Position numbers and translations under genes: made by a program. A stretch of DNA of 64,000 bases from Octopus bimaculoides. Lineage: Eukaryota. A model generated the notes under the pieces. It did no database searches. It was given only the letters and a program-made list of their open reading frames with translations, and was not told where the DNA came from. The stretch lies in the NCBI RefSeq assembly GCF_001194135.2, contig NC_068986.1, positions 39,182,288-39,246,287 on the forward strand, written 5' to 3'. Below are positions 25,308-39,100 of the stretch, piece after piece; the first letter of the stretch is position 1; each line of letters begins with the position of its first letter.

Positions 25308-26779
25308 CATCATCATTGATGACGATGATAGTGATTGTAATGAAGACAACAATATGTATATGAAGTCACAGAGATGATATTAAATAGAGTAAAATTTGAA
25401 AAGAAACATTCTCTAATAAATTCATAAACTAAAAGAAAAAAATATATATATATATAAAAAATGAAGGTAGAATAGCAAAAAAAAGTCATAACTTTAAAAG
25501 ATTTTTTTTTATAAAAGAAGTAACAAGAACAGCAATAACAAAAAAACACAGACAAAAGAAGAAAAAAAAAAACTCAGACTGAAAGGAAAAAAAAACACAC
25601 ATTTAAAGATTTCGCTTCTGTCTGATAACAACACAATCATCAAAAACAACCTTATGCTTCAAAGTGTTTTACAAACTGAGAACTTTTATTTTGGCAAAGA
25701 TATGGAGACACACTTAGAGATACATATACTAAACATTTAAAAGAATAAAAACAACAACAAAAGAAAGCAAAAAAAAAAATACAAAGGGAAGGAAGATGTG
25801 ATGTTTCAAATCCTAGTTACACTACATGTATGTATTTTTTTTCTCAGTTGCTTTCTTGCGTGATCTTATTAACTGAAATATTGTAAGAACTGAGAGTGAA
25901 TTCATTGATTTATGCAAGAGCTTGTGGAGGACATCAGCTTGACTAATATCCGCTAGACATTAGACACTACAAGTAAATGAGAAAGATGAGATGAATAATT
26001 GGGAAAATGATGGAGGGGGAGGAGAGACAAAGAGAGGAATGGTTGTGTGTGTTTGTATGTGCACATGCAGAGTTGACATTTTAGTATTGATTAAAGATCT
26101 GGCACCATGAAACCATCTCACAGAATCTGTAACTCATACTTCAAGGTTAACCCTAGACTAGCAGAAGTATTCGATTATTAATTTCTTCTCCCACAACCCT
26201 AACTCCTCTTTCTTTCTCATTTCCATTGTTTTCTTTTTTTCTTTTCTTTCTGTTTTTATTAATATTTCTTGTTTTGACATGGTTAGCAAGTCTTTTTCTT
26301 TTTTTTTTCTTTTCTCATTATTCTGATAGGTTTACCATTTTGACTGACATGCATTAAGAGAGAACAAGTTAGCAATCAATTTACATTTCTATTTGTTTAT
26401 TTATGTTTTGCTATTATTCTTCCTCACCTTCTTTTTTGTATATTAAAAATACAATAATGCCTATTAGCTTTTCATGATATCTGGAAAAAAAGCCCCCCCC
26501 CAAAAAACAGCCACCCCCTAACCCCACTCTTCTTCCCCCTCCTCCAAATCCTCAGTAATATCCATTCAAAGGCACTATTATTTATGAGGATTTTCATCAA
26601 CATATTGCATATCCAGATCAAAGAAGATCAACTTACTAGCTGACAGGTAAANNNNNNNNNNNNNNNNNNNNNNNNNNNNNNNNNNNNNNNNNNNNNNNNN
26701 NNNNNNNNNNNNNNNNNNNNNNNNNNNNNNNNNNNNNNNNNNNNNNNNNNNNNNNNNNNNNNNNNNNATATATATATAC

Positions 26780-26813
<34 letters not shown>

Positions 26814-26849
26814 ACATACATATATATATACATACATATATACATACAT

Positions 26850-26918
<69 letters not shown>

Positions 26919-27499
26919 CATACACACACACACACACACAAATAACCTTATATTTGTATATCTCCAACACATGATATCAACTTGCCAGACTGCAATACAT
27001 GTCGCCAGGAATGTAATTTGGTGAAAAATATATCACGCTGGCATGTTAGTGAGTAATAAAGACCAGCATGTCATTCAGATCAGCGTATCTAAATGCCATA
27101 CCAAATATAAAGCAAAACAATTGAGTATTTCGTTACATAGGTAAACTGATACTTTACAAAAAAATCTAAAAAATCTAATTGATTTATACAAAACAGCTTA
27201 CACGCTGTCTTGTGAAACAAAGTTATCAATTTTATGCCAATGATTTATGCCTATCCTGAAAATGATACATGCAACATGAGGAAGTTCAATTTGTAGCAAA
27301 TGAGTTGAATTCAATAAAGAACCAAAAACATCTACTTCTATGTTCCACATGGTTGCACAACCTGTTAAAAATAGCTATTAAATGTCCTTCAGTTTTCACA
27401 TATCCTCAAAAAACTCCCAAAGACAACCAAAAAGAAACCACCAAAAAAGAAAGGACACATTCAGTCATATGATAAATAATTGTAGTCTCTTGAATCTGA

Positions 27500-27780
27500 G
27501 AAAGATGTTTCTGCATTTTTTTACTGAACAACTTGTTCAGATGTTTGTTTATAGTGATCAAAGCTATGTTCTGTACATTTGCTTGCCCCCTCCATCAAAC
27601 TGACATTGCCTGTAAAGTTGCACTGCATGCCAGATGCAGATGTTGAAGTGATTGGAGAGTGATGTGAGGTCAAGTGTTTTGCTCAAGAACACAACACACT
27701 GCCCAGTCTGGGAATCAAACCTATGAGCCTGTGACCATGAGTGCAACACTCTAAGCACTATGCCATGTTCCCTCATGTAG
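27500..27780 (-). mobile_element. Further tRNA-headed SINE
   Basis: catggcatagtgcttagag...ggtttgattccc...gtgttcttgagcaaaacactt; second copy at about 59510-59760(+). Confidence 0.7.
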
Positions 27781-27914
27781 TGTAAGATATACAGAAAAGT
27801 AGGAATATCTTTGATCATAAGTCTATCCATTCAGGACCAACTGTGGGCTAAGCAACAACATCCATAGATAATGCTTTCTTTTAATTGAGAATCAAGTAAA
27901 TTTTTGTAGGGAAC

Positions 27915-28282
27915 AACTCTTTTACTTGTTTCAGTCATGTGACTGTGGCCATGCTGGAGCACCACCTTTAGTCGAGCAAATCAACCCCAGGACTTATTCT
28001 TTGTAAGCTTAGTACTTATTCTATCGGTCTCTTTTGCCGAACCTCTAAGTTACAGGGACGTAAATACACCAGCATCGGTTATCAAGCGATGTTGGGGAGA
28101 CAAACATAGACACACAAACATATACATACACATGCAGTTTCCGTCTACCAAATCCACTCACAAGGCTTTGGTCGGCCCGAGGCTAAGTAGAAGACACTTG
28201 CCCAATGTGCCACGCAGTGGGACCGAACCCGGAACCATGTGGTTTGTAAGCAAGCTACTTACCACACAGCCACTCCTACGCC
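27915..28282 (-). mobile_element. tRNA/CORE-type SINE, tail variant 1 (...tgactgaaacaagtaaaaga)
   Basis: Head ggctgtgtggtaag...gggttcggtcccactgcgtggcacattgggcaagtgtcttctac. Other copies or parts at about 3365-3740, 44395-44600, 44655-44960, 56420-56810 and 60625-60810. Confidence 0.85.
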
Positions 28283-28898
28283 TGTTTTATTTATTATTTG
28301 CACTGTTACACAACCAAAGACTCCCGCCACAGCTTTAGTACTAGCATGTATTTCTTCTTTACAGTACCTTAAAATTAGGTTAAAATCTTTCTCCCTCTGC
28401 TTTCAAGAAGTAGATTTCATCTATTTCAGCCAACTAATTCAGTGTCTGCCTAACTACCTGCAGCCTTTGTGAAATTGACTCAATGAAGCTGATTATATGT
28501 TAACGAACTAATAATGTAGATTCTATGCAACTGATCCAACGAAGGAACATCTATGTAACTGAAACAACAATGGAACCTCTATGAAAACTCTCAACCTGCT
28601 AGATATAGCAGCCTGATCTCCTTTAAGTCATTGGATAATGCAGTCTTAGATGTACAAGATAAATAAAATCGGATGGTCATAAGTGGAACACATTTGATCA
28701 TAGGCTTTCTCTTGTTGTTGCTATATAACATTAACAAAATAACTCATGAATCAAGAAAGAAAAAAGTACAGCATGATTCATATAGAATGGTTTTGGGCAT
28801 AGGTTTACTTGATCAGGACTCACCAGAAGCTAAACAACAACAACATAATGATAAAGATGATGATTTATTATTGCAAAGAAACTGCAGGTATTGCTTAC

Positions 28899-29003
28899 CT
28901 GTCATAATCTCCGTTACATAATAATCTTATGCTGATGGTAAAGGGTCGCCAAGTAGGATTCAATGTTCGTTTTATTACTTCCGTTCTATGTACCACAGTG
29001 TAA
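28899..29003 (-). CDS. CPNE8: Copine exon (105 nt): [34 protein letters not shown](R)
   Basis: gcttttag|TTACACT...GACAG|gtaagc. [12 protein letters not shown] and LCNGDYDR copine motifs; phase 2/2 fits both neighbours. Confidence 0.97.
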
Positions 29004-29539
29004 CTAAAAGCAATCAAATGATTAAAGTCATTAAACCAATCTTTAATTCAGGCTAAACAAAAATATTTTCAAATAGATAAGTGCATACACACACTTATAC
29101 ATACATACCTGCCTACCCACATACATACTTATACACATACAAACACAGACATATACAAACATTTCTCCTATCATTTCATTTACATTCAAATAATACTGAG
29201 TTACTTTACCTGGGGCTCAAGCCCATTTTATAGGTAGATTGGGAAAATAGACAAAATCAATTAATGATAAAAGGACAATATAAATTCTTACAAAGACCAA
29301 ACACCCTTTGACTAATAATATTTTATTTTATATTCATTTCTAACTCTGTCCTAGTCAGTTGCAAGCCTGGATGAGAAAGTAGTACAAAAGCGACTTTCAC
29401 AGTGAATGTGAGATAGCTGAACTACAGAAGTTAATTGAAGGTCCCAGTTATACAACGCTGGAAGTCTGTTACATTGGATACAGTTTAAAAATACATACAG
29501 ATATTTATGTAGTAGATCTGAAGTCAATCAGCCATTTAA

Positions 29540-29759
29540 CCCTTTAGCATTTAAACTGGCTATATCTGGCCCAAATATGCTATCTGTTTTATGTTCAAAC
29601 CAGTCAAATCAAGCCTATCACACTTACCCTTCAATGTCATTCTAAAAATATGCAATCACATCATCAAAATTTTGAAGCTATGGGACAATGCATGATTAAT
29701 TTAAAACAATGTAAATGAAAAAGCATTACATTTGACAGAATAATCCGAATACTAAAGGG
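29540..29759. mobile_element. piggyBac-type MITE (220 bp)
   Basis: TTAA|ccctttagcatt ... aatactaaaggg|TTAA. Confidence 0.88.
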
Positions 29760-30118
29760 TTAATGCTACATTTCATAATGAAGTCCTAGACACGGTGTCC
29801 CTATCCAAACAGAAAGGGAAGGATGGTCAGAGTTGAAATACCTCTGATTATAATCTACTTACTCAGGGCTGACTTGATGCTGAATAACTCTCCCCCTCCC
29901 CCATTATATAATACTTAAGGAGTGATGTTTGGTCTTGGTCTATATTAATATCTTTAATATTCAATGACAAATGGTTAATAAACTATGAAGGAAAATTATA
30001 GGGTAGAAATAACATAAATATTTGATTTTTGAATTTATTTGTATCTGGTGGAATGGATGAAATATTTTTAACTTGATTGAAAATTATTTCACAGAAATGA
30101 TGTAGGAAAAACAAATAC

Positions 30119-30222
30119 CTTCCATCTTCATTACATCGGTAAAACGTGAGAAATGGGTCGGATTTCCCAAAAAAGTCTTTTTTATCCAATTGATGAGCAC
30201 AGAAATGCATTGTGGCTTCTTC
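30119..30222 (-). CDS. CPNE8: Copine exon (104 nt), C2B start: [34 protein letters not shown](S)
   Basis: tcttgcag|GAAGAA...GGAAG|gtattt. The [14 protein letters not shown] signature is diagnostic of copine C2B; it lies within ORF 29983..30228. Confidence 0.97.
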
Positions 30223-31179
30223 CTGCAAGAATATATCAATAAGTACACAATCAGTAACAAAAACCTTGCCAAGTCTGTGTGAGGACTATAAGGTTACATA
30301 ATACCAACAATGGCTTTTAGCTTTCATATAGTTTTACATCAATTTCCTGGTCCTACAATACTCCCAAAAAAATTTCAATGCTTGAATATTTATTATTTTA
30401 TCATATAATTTTTTTTATGTAATGTCTCTTATGACATTTTATCTCTAACCACTGAATTATAGCATGTGAAGTGTAAGCAATACTTAGAATATAGACCAAC
30501 ATTATATTCTAGGCACTGCTTAGAATATAGTGTTAGCTTGAATCTAGTAAGTGGTGATGTACTGAATGATATACACAAAGGAAAAAAAAAAAAAAAAAAG
30601 AAAATATAAAATACCCTCAAATGAATTTAAACTTGCCTCTTAGTTAGAGAAAGAAATCAAAAATGTAGTGTTTAGTTTGAGTAACTCTCGAAGGAATAAG
30701 ATATTTTCAAGAAATTAAAAATTAATTCCACCCCAAAAATTATTATTGTAAGTCTTATTTGGGATAAACTAAAGATATAAAATTTGTTACACATTTCTGA
30801 GCATTATAATCTATATATCAACACTGAAATACATTTTACATATTCTAAGTAGTTCATTGGTGTCAAATACAAATTATTTTATTCTTTCTTCTTTCTTTCT
30901 CCATTTTCCTTCACATACTACTAACTCTAATTTTTCTCATATTGCAAGTTATTTTAAGAATAATTTCAATCAATTACTACCATCCTGTCAAAATCAAAGG
31001 TATATTTTGTCATATTACTGAGAAAAATCATTCAACATCAGCTATTTTATACCCGACAAAATGTTCCAAGCTCTTGACTGCTTAATCTCATACCAGCATA
31101 TCCATATAAGGTAAAACTTAAAAAGAAATTATAGAAACGAAGTATTTCTCTTTCATAAAATAGAAATTTTAATACTTAC

Positions 31180-31208
31180 TTTACATGAAGATAATTCTTC
31201 AGCATTAA
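31180..31208 (-). CDS. CPNE8: Copine coding micro-exon (29 nt): (V)NAEELSSCK
   Basis: ttttttttattgcag|TTAATGCTGAAGAATTATCTTCATGTAAA|gtaagt. AEEL motif of the copine C2A-C2B junction; phase-0 end fits the next exon. Confidence 0.93.
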
Positions 31209-31843
31209 CTGCAATAAAAAAAAAATTTTTAAATACATTTATTTTGTGTCTCAGGAGAAGCACTTTTACGGTGATTTTATAGGAATTAGTTTTTATTTTT
31301 TATTAATTTTTTTCCCCTCGATTTCACAAGTCGTAGTCAATTTAGGATTCTATTTCCATCATGGACTTGTCTTCATAAAAGAGAGAGAGAGAGGGGGGGG
31401 GGAGATGTTCAGTTTTAGAAGTGAAATAAATAACCTGAAGTTATAACTGTATAATAGACTAGTAAACTGTTAGCTACATTTGCACTTTTATTTCATACAT
31501 TATAATCCAATCATTGTACAGAAATCTCTGTGTTTGAATTCAAACCCTTGAGCTAAATACTTTTAACAAAGCTTCAATGCTAAGTTGCTACAATCTAATA
31601 AGCATAACACTTGTCAAAATAGAAAAATGTCATAAATCAGAGTATCAGTTCCAAAATGAAAGAATTATCATATTTTCTAGCTTACAAGTCAAATTTTTCA
31701 GACCAAAATTTACAGCCCCAGCAAAAAAAGTAGTCAACTTATGCACCAAAACAACTTTGAAGAACTAAAAATTCCATGTGAAATGCAGCAGGATTTGGAA
31801 AGATAGTGAAGCTGTTTGAATGTTTGTTACTATATACTAAGTT

Positions 31844-32235
31844 AGTGGAGGCGCAATGGCCCAGTGGTTAGGGCAGCGGACTAGCGGTCATAGGATCGCA
31901 GTTTCGATTCCCAGACCGGGCGTTGTGAGTGTTTATTGAGCAAAAACACCTAAAAGCTCCACGAGGCTCTGGCAGGGGATGGTGGCGAACCCTGCTGTAC
32001 TCTTTCACTACAACTTTCTCTCCCTCTTACTTCCTGTTTCTGTTGTGCCTGTAATTCAAAGGGTCAGCCTTGTCACACTGTGTCACGCTGAATATCCACA
32101 AGAACTACGTTAAGGGTACACGTGTCTGTGGAGTGCTCAGCCACTTGCACGTTAATTTCACGAGCAGGCTGTTCCGTTGATCGGATCAACTGGAACCCTC
32201 GACGTTGTAAGCGACGGAGTGCCAGTGCCAATGCC
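31844..32235 (+). mobile_element. Young tRNA-derived SINE with exact 10-bp TSD
   Basis: Box A tggcccagtggtt, box B gtttcgattccc, (G/A)TGCCA tandem tail; TSD atactaagtt at 31834-31843 and 32236-32245. Confidence 0.9.
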
Positions 32236-34497
32236 ATACTAAGTTGACTTGTATGCCAGAAAATATGGTAATAAAACAAATCTCTGAAATTGAATGTTTT
32301 ATGAGAGTTTGCCTGAAAACTTGCAGCTCACAAAGTAACCTATAGCAGTTTTTATAGTTTCAAAGAAATGCTTTTTGAGTAGATCAAGATACACTTTAGT
32401 ATAAAAGAATTGTTAATGCTCAGTCATCAGTGATATTATTGATATTTCTTTTATCGTTTATATCCATTTTTACATGATGTACATGCGTGGTTCAGTTTAT
32501 ATATTAGATAAATTCTCTTTTTTAACCAAATGACCTTACTTCTAACAGTTCAGTTATAAAAAGGAGCATGTGTATTTAGTCAACAAGCACAGGTTTGGTT
32601 GTGTTGTAAAAAGTTTGCTTCTCAACCACTTGATTTTGGGTTCAATCCCACAGCCTGACACTCTGGGTAAATATTTTCTATTATAGCCCCAGGTTGACCA
32701 AAGCCTTGTGAATAAATCTAGTTGACAAAAGTTGAAAAAAGCCCATGTATATTTTAAAATGTGTGTGTGTGTGTTGATTGGGTGCACGTATGCATATTTG
32801 TGTGAGTGCATCCCTGTCTTCTTGACTTGAGATCATGTGATAGTACTAAACAAGTGTCACTGTCATGCAAGCAGTATCCTTCATTCCCTATCTTCCAAGA
32901 CAGGTCTGGTCATGGGGAAGTATTTACCATATTTCAAAATAGGTAAGGATTAGTGACAGGAAAGGCATCCAGCTATAGAAAATCTACCTCAACAAATTAT
33001 GCCCAGCTCATGTGAGCATAGAAAAGTGGATGTTAAATGAAGATGAGGATGAAGATGATGATGCGCGAACTTCAGCAGATTAGGGTAAGGTACAACAATA
33101 ATGACACTAGTAAAATGAGAACTTATGAGCATGTGGTCATCAGCCCAGTACTTTAACTTCACATCCAGTGCACTTCATAGACATAGAAATGAAATTTCAG
33201 TACAAGATTTAAAATAAGAAACCTAGCTCTATTAACAAGACAGTTTACCATGACAATAATTAAGGAAAACATGGTGTTTTTTTTACATCTGATGTTCAAA
33301 AGAAGGAATATATGAACCAAGTTTCTGTCAAATCCATTCACAAGCCTCTGGCTGGCTTGGGACTGTAGTCAAAGATACTTTCCCAAGGTGCCATGCAATG
33401 GGACTGAACCCAGAACTATATGGTTGGGAAACAAACTTCTAACCACACAGTCAAACCTGTTCTTGGTCTTTTTTTTTATATCCTAGATCAAGATAAATCA
33501 TGATTGTCTAAATGAGTGTAGTTCAATATAACTTTATAAGAATAAACAACAGTAACTCAGGTTATGTAAAAGGAAATCCTTGATATCAAATGGACAATGT
33601 TTTCTGAAGCCTCTTAATGAAATGAATTGACTTTAACATGACCTACAGTCAGATCATATCCACATTTATAGAAATTTTAAACTGTTTCAACTTTAAGCTA
33701 GCATTTGACTAACACCCTGAAAAGAATTCTTCTTCTATTCTAACACGCTATCTTTTATGATACCATTATGCGATGTGCATGAGAGAGGATATTTTAAGAG
33801 ATTAATGCTGGAGGTTGAACTTGTGACAGTGAGAGGAAATATTTTCATAAAGCATTTACAGAGTAACTGACAAAATGCAATTTTATTTCGTGTCTGAATA
33901 ATAAACCAGGCACATAGTGCTTCAGAAAATAGGATGATTTGATTAACTTGTTTAAGATTATGATGGACTGTGGATGATTACAGCACAACAAATTCTTCAA
34001 GTTCAATTATGTTAAGCACTTGGAGTGAAAGAACACTGCCACAAGATATTCAAGGAATTCTATCAAATGGTAAATGGTGAAAAGAAAACCTTAAAAAACT
34101 AAAACTGCAAAGGTAAACTTTATATAAAGGTTGTATTAGCAAAGTTTATATTTTTTGCTACACATCTGTTTTTATTAAGATGTTTACATGCTTAAGTGGA
34201 AAACTGATATTTAAAATGAATAGTTAATCTAACAATTAGGATTATTATTATTATTATCCTTTGTTGGCAGAATTGTTAGTACAACAGGCAAAATGCTTAG
34301 TGACACTTTGTCCAGCTTGAAGTTCTGAGTTCAAATTCCACTGAGGTCAACTTTGTCTTTCATCCCTTGCAGAGTTGATAAAATAAGTACCAGTTGACTA
34401 ATTGACTACCCAACGACCAAAATTTCAAGCCTTGTGCCTAGAGGAGAAAGGATTATAATTCCTTTCATTTATTCAGCATTTTATTGTTGTTCTGCCA

Positions 34498-34620
34498 GTA
34501 TCAGATTGCTAAAAATGCAATAAATCTTAAGTATTTAAGTATCAGATTGCTAAAAATGCAATAAATCTTAAGTATTTAAGTATCAGATTGCTAAAGATGC
34601 ACTAAACCTTAAGTATTTAA
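34498..34620. repeat. 41-bp tandem repeat x3
   Basis: gtatcagattgctaaaaatgcaataaatcttaagtatttaa at 34498, 34539 and 34580. Confidence 0.95.
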
Positions 34621-34862
34621 CGCCTTTCTTTAGCATCCTTGCTGTGTGAAAAAAAAGAAACAGGCTTTTTTAGAGTCAAGAAATTCACCTTAAAATCTTA
34701 CATTATAAAGCAACATTTCAAACTTCTCGAGACTGCTCATAAGGTTCCTATAAACCATAATAAAAATCAGTGCCGTAGCAATAATGACCATTACTACTAT
34801 CATCCTCATTACATTATTTAGAGATCCAGCTTTTATTCCTAGATGGAACAGTTTTACTTTAA

Positions 34863-35081
34863 CCATTTTGTTACCATATTTCTGTAGAAAAACATTGCCT
34901 TTGTTTCAATTAATTTTGAAAATAATTTAGAATATAGTAAAATAAATTTGTCATTATTAAGCAGGCATTTCGAATATAAATTAACAAGGAATTTTTATGG
35001 AAAATTTTAATTTAGATCACTTTGAAACAGTGCATTTGTATCATAGAACCAGAGATGTCAGACAGGCTGATATCAAAAGGG
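34863..35081. mobile_element. piggyBac-type MITE, second family (219 bp)
   Basis: TTAA|ccattttgttacc ... gatatcaaaaggg|TTAA. Related copies in the opposite orientation at about 39269-39456 and 39661-39873. Confidence 0.8.
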
Positions 35082-35547
35082 TTAACCGCTGATGTCTTTG
35101 GAAAAATTATTAACATTGCATCTAAATTTTCTGTCTTTTCTGAATGTGAGGAGATAACTTGTCTAAAAAAAAAACAAAAAAACCCAGTATTAATGTTATC
35201 ATAATAAGAGTAGAGTGAAGTGTTTCAATGTAGTTACTTAACCAGCTGATGTCTTTAAAATGGCAACCTCATACTCAAGTCTTATCTTTTTGAAAGACAT
35301 GCCAATTATAGCAATTACAACACTGAACAAATGTATGATTAAGACCGACACACTGCATATCTTGTGTATGTGTCCAGTCCACAATAATATATTAATACAA
35401 ACATACTGGCATCACTGTGTGGTAAAATGTTTGCTTCTCAACCACATGGTTTCAGGTTCAGCAAGTGTCATCTACTATAGCCTTGAGCTGATAAAGCCTT
35501 GTGAGTAGATTTGCTAGAAGGAAACTGAAAGAAGCCCATTGTATATG

Positions 35548-35580
<33 letters not shown>

Positions 35581-36090
35581 ACACACATATAGTAGAAGGT
35601 GCTGTTCCAACAATTATCACCCCCCATAGTTTTCTTCAAATAGTATATCTAAGAGTATATTGTGTAATGTTCCCTTATAAAAAGAGAAAGAAAAAAGATA
35701 GCAGCCTAATATCACACTTTACCACCTTTAAAAAAGGTGCTAGCGTATGATCTGAAGGATATTAGTTTATTATTTCTAGCAGGCTCAGCGACCATGTAAG
35801 AGGCTCCTTCACTGGTGTACTGACAAATTTCGTATTGGTTAGCATGAAGAAGTCACCATCATCATTTTAATGTCTACTTTTCTATGCTTGCAAGGGTTGA
35901 GCAGAATACTGGGGTAGATTTTCTACAGCCAGATGCCTTTCCTGTCACTAACCCTCACTTGTTTCTAAACAAGGTAAATATTTCCCCATGGTCAGACATG
36001 TTTTTGTAGAATATTGGAAATGAATGACACTGCTTGTATGAGAGTAACAATCATTTTACAACCATCATGTGATTTCAAGACAAGGAGGCG

Positions 36091-36129
<39 letters not shown>

Positions 36130-39100
36130 TGGGTTTCTATCAGATTCTGTTTACGAAATTCACTCACAAGGCTTTGGTCAGCCTGGGGCAATAGCAGAAG
36201 ATACTGGCGTGAAGTACCATGCAGTGGGATTGAACCCAGAAGCAGTAAATGTTGCATTCGAATATTATAGTTGTTGTTGTTGCTGCCGCTATCACTAACA
36301 CAATCATCTTAATCATCATCATTATTATTATAATTCTATAACAATTCATAGAGAATGCTAACACATAGCCCATCAGGAATGTGCATTAGTTCTTGCTGTA
36401 GAAATATGTTGGGTTTCCAAGATGTATTATTCTTATGTATCTGTAACTATAGCAGCTATAAAAACTGCTGTTATTTTTCACATACATTAAGTTTAGCTGG
36501 TTCAATCAATCCAAATTGCAACACAGAATTATTTGCAATCAAAATAGAAAGACTCAGGATTTGGTACCAAACCTCACCATGGTTAGCATGACATTTGAGC
36601 TCAATTTTGTCTTTCTGGTATCAAACAAATAAATGTCTGAAAGATTTAGTCTGTGCATAAGAAACTAAAATCACTATTAATATTACTGTCAATCATTTGC
36701 CTGTCTTTACATTCTGAGTTCAAATGCTACCTGGGCCAACTTTGCCCTTCACTCTTTCGGGGTTGATAAAATGAATACCAGTTGAGCACTAGTATCAATA
36801 TTATTGACTTAGTCCCACCCTGAAATTGCTGGCCTTGTGCTAAAGTTTGAAATTAATATTACTGTCAATCATGGAAGGCTGTAAGTGGCAGAACTGTTAG
36901 TCTGCTGGACAAAACACTTAGCAGCATTTTGTCTGTCTCACCAAGGTCAACTTGCTTTTCATCTTTCTGGGGTTGATGAAATAAGCACCAGTTGAGCACT
37001 GGGTTCTATGTAATTGACTAGCTATCTCCCCACAAAATTTCAGGCCTTGTGCCTATAGTAGCATGTGATAGATATCAATATACACTGTATTGAACATTAT
37101 ATTATTTGCTTTGTAAAACCAATGCTACGTTTTTTAACTGACAATATACAATAACACAAACCAATGAGGGAGCATCTACATGGTTACTCAACCTATAAGA
37201 AATAGTAGCTAGTCTTACACAAATTATATGCTACTGTCTTTAAAAGCAAAGAACGCATTGGAGAAAGTAGTCTTGTGTACCTTTAATAAGAGATGGAATG
37301 CCTGTGATTACAAAGCTGCTCAATCTGGGTTGACCTGTTGTTAAATATCTGCAGTATGTACTAGGATGTAGAGTAGCAACTGATTGAGATGCTGGAATGT
37401 CAATAAACTGGGTGAAAAGTTGATAGTGTAAAGGCCTATCTCAAGTGTATACCTTACAAAGTCACTTAGCATTCAATGTGTCAGTTAGTCATGCATAAAT
37501 AAGGAGGTACAGTCCATGGCTGTAAGAAATATGTGAATTATAGAACTGACAAGTTTTACCACAAGAGTGAAATAATAACATTGAAAATCATAGATTAAAG
37601 TGATTTTTACTTTTTGATAGGGTATTGATAAGAGTTTTTTTTAGGGCTTTCGTTACTTAGAGTGTTAATTGTTTTAATTCAAACTCTGAGATAAGGAATT
37701 ATAATTCTGTTAGTCTTTTTTTATAATATATTCTTGGGTTTATATTATTTTTATATATTGGTGGCTTGTTGTAGCACCAAGCATATGGCTTAGTTTGGAG
37801 AGTAATGAACTCTAGTAGTCCGATCGGTTCAAGATAACATTATTTGATGTCAAATATCATGTGTGGTACCACTATGACATGATAGGTTAAAGGAGGTAAA
37901 AGAAATATTATGTACATAAATACTGTAGAAAATATGGAAATAGTGATGGCATAAAAGTGCATTGGCAGTGCATCCTAAATAGAATAGATAACAAAAGATA
38001 CGGTATGGGGTGAGGCAGGGAATTATACTTTACGGATAATATGACAATATGTAGAAGAGATATGTTTTATAGAACTGTCTAAATAATGCCAACAAACACA
38101 AAACTGATGTCAGTGTTGAAGAAGAATAGATAATGCAAGGTAAAAGATGTGTGGAAGGAATATGTTTTGTTACAGACCTGTCTAAACAATGCCAATATAG
38201 GAAAATAAACACTAGACCAGTGATGGTGATGACGAACACAAATATTGATTGATAATGTACAGATTATAGTATAGGTCTACTGTAAGATGTTTCATTGTCA
38301 GAACACTACTACATTAGACAGATAAAACACGAGATTAATTAAACAGTATGATATGGTAACAATCAAAATGTAAATAAGAGATTTTGAAACACTTTTTCAT
38401 TGTTTGTCATCGTAGTACAAATGGAATGGTGTTCATATGTTTGGACATAGCTATATTAATAAAACAAGTTTAGCCTTCTATTGAATCTACACACTCTCCT
38501 GTAGGATGGTTTATGGTGGGATCAGTAGAAGGCATATAAAATTCCTTGTGGTATTTAGTTACATCCCTTTATGTTGTGTTCAGATCTCACCAAGGTGGTT
38601 TTTACTTTTAATTTTTCTGCTGTTGACAAAATAAGCATTGGTCAATGGTCATATGACAGTGTTAAAAATTTTAACAGAGTAAGGTCATACCTAATATGTT
38701 CAAGTGCATTTGGAAGACAACCTTCCACTGTAGAAATAGTCCTGGCAGAAAATTCTCTTCTTAGGTCTGTGTGAAAACACATACTGGGCTGCGAATGATA
38801 TTGGACCATGAGATGCATGTGTTTCTGTCCTTTCACTTCATCAACTATGAACATCAAATCTGTTTTTCATGGCCCAATAAGAGCAAATTAATTCTTACTA
38901 GAACAGAATACAGTACATATGCTGATATACATAGGGTTTGGTCAAGCAATAATTAAATAAATAGTCGCATGAAGCAGTGTTGAATGAATAAAATATATTT
39001 GTGTAAAGTCCAATCTAACACATTCAAATGTATTTAGATGTGAGAAGGCCTTCCATTGTGGAAATAGTCCTGGGGATGTTTTCACTTGACCATAATGTAG

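Noticed and set aside
31844-31920. tRNA gene
   Set aside because: The tRNA-like head continues into a SINE body with tail and TSD, and there is no proper acceptor stem end.
36578-36636. 59-nt candidate exon (tttcag|...ATG|gtgagg), phase-compatible as an alternative to the 29-nt exon
   Set aside because: The peptide DIYLFDTRKTKLSSNVMLTM lacks the AEEL motif and would break the last C2A strand; probably chance splice signals.
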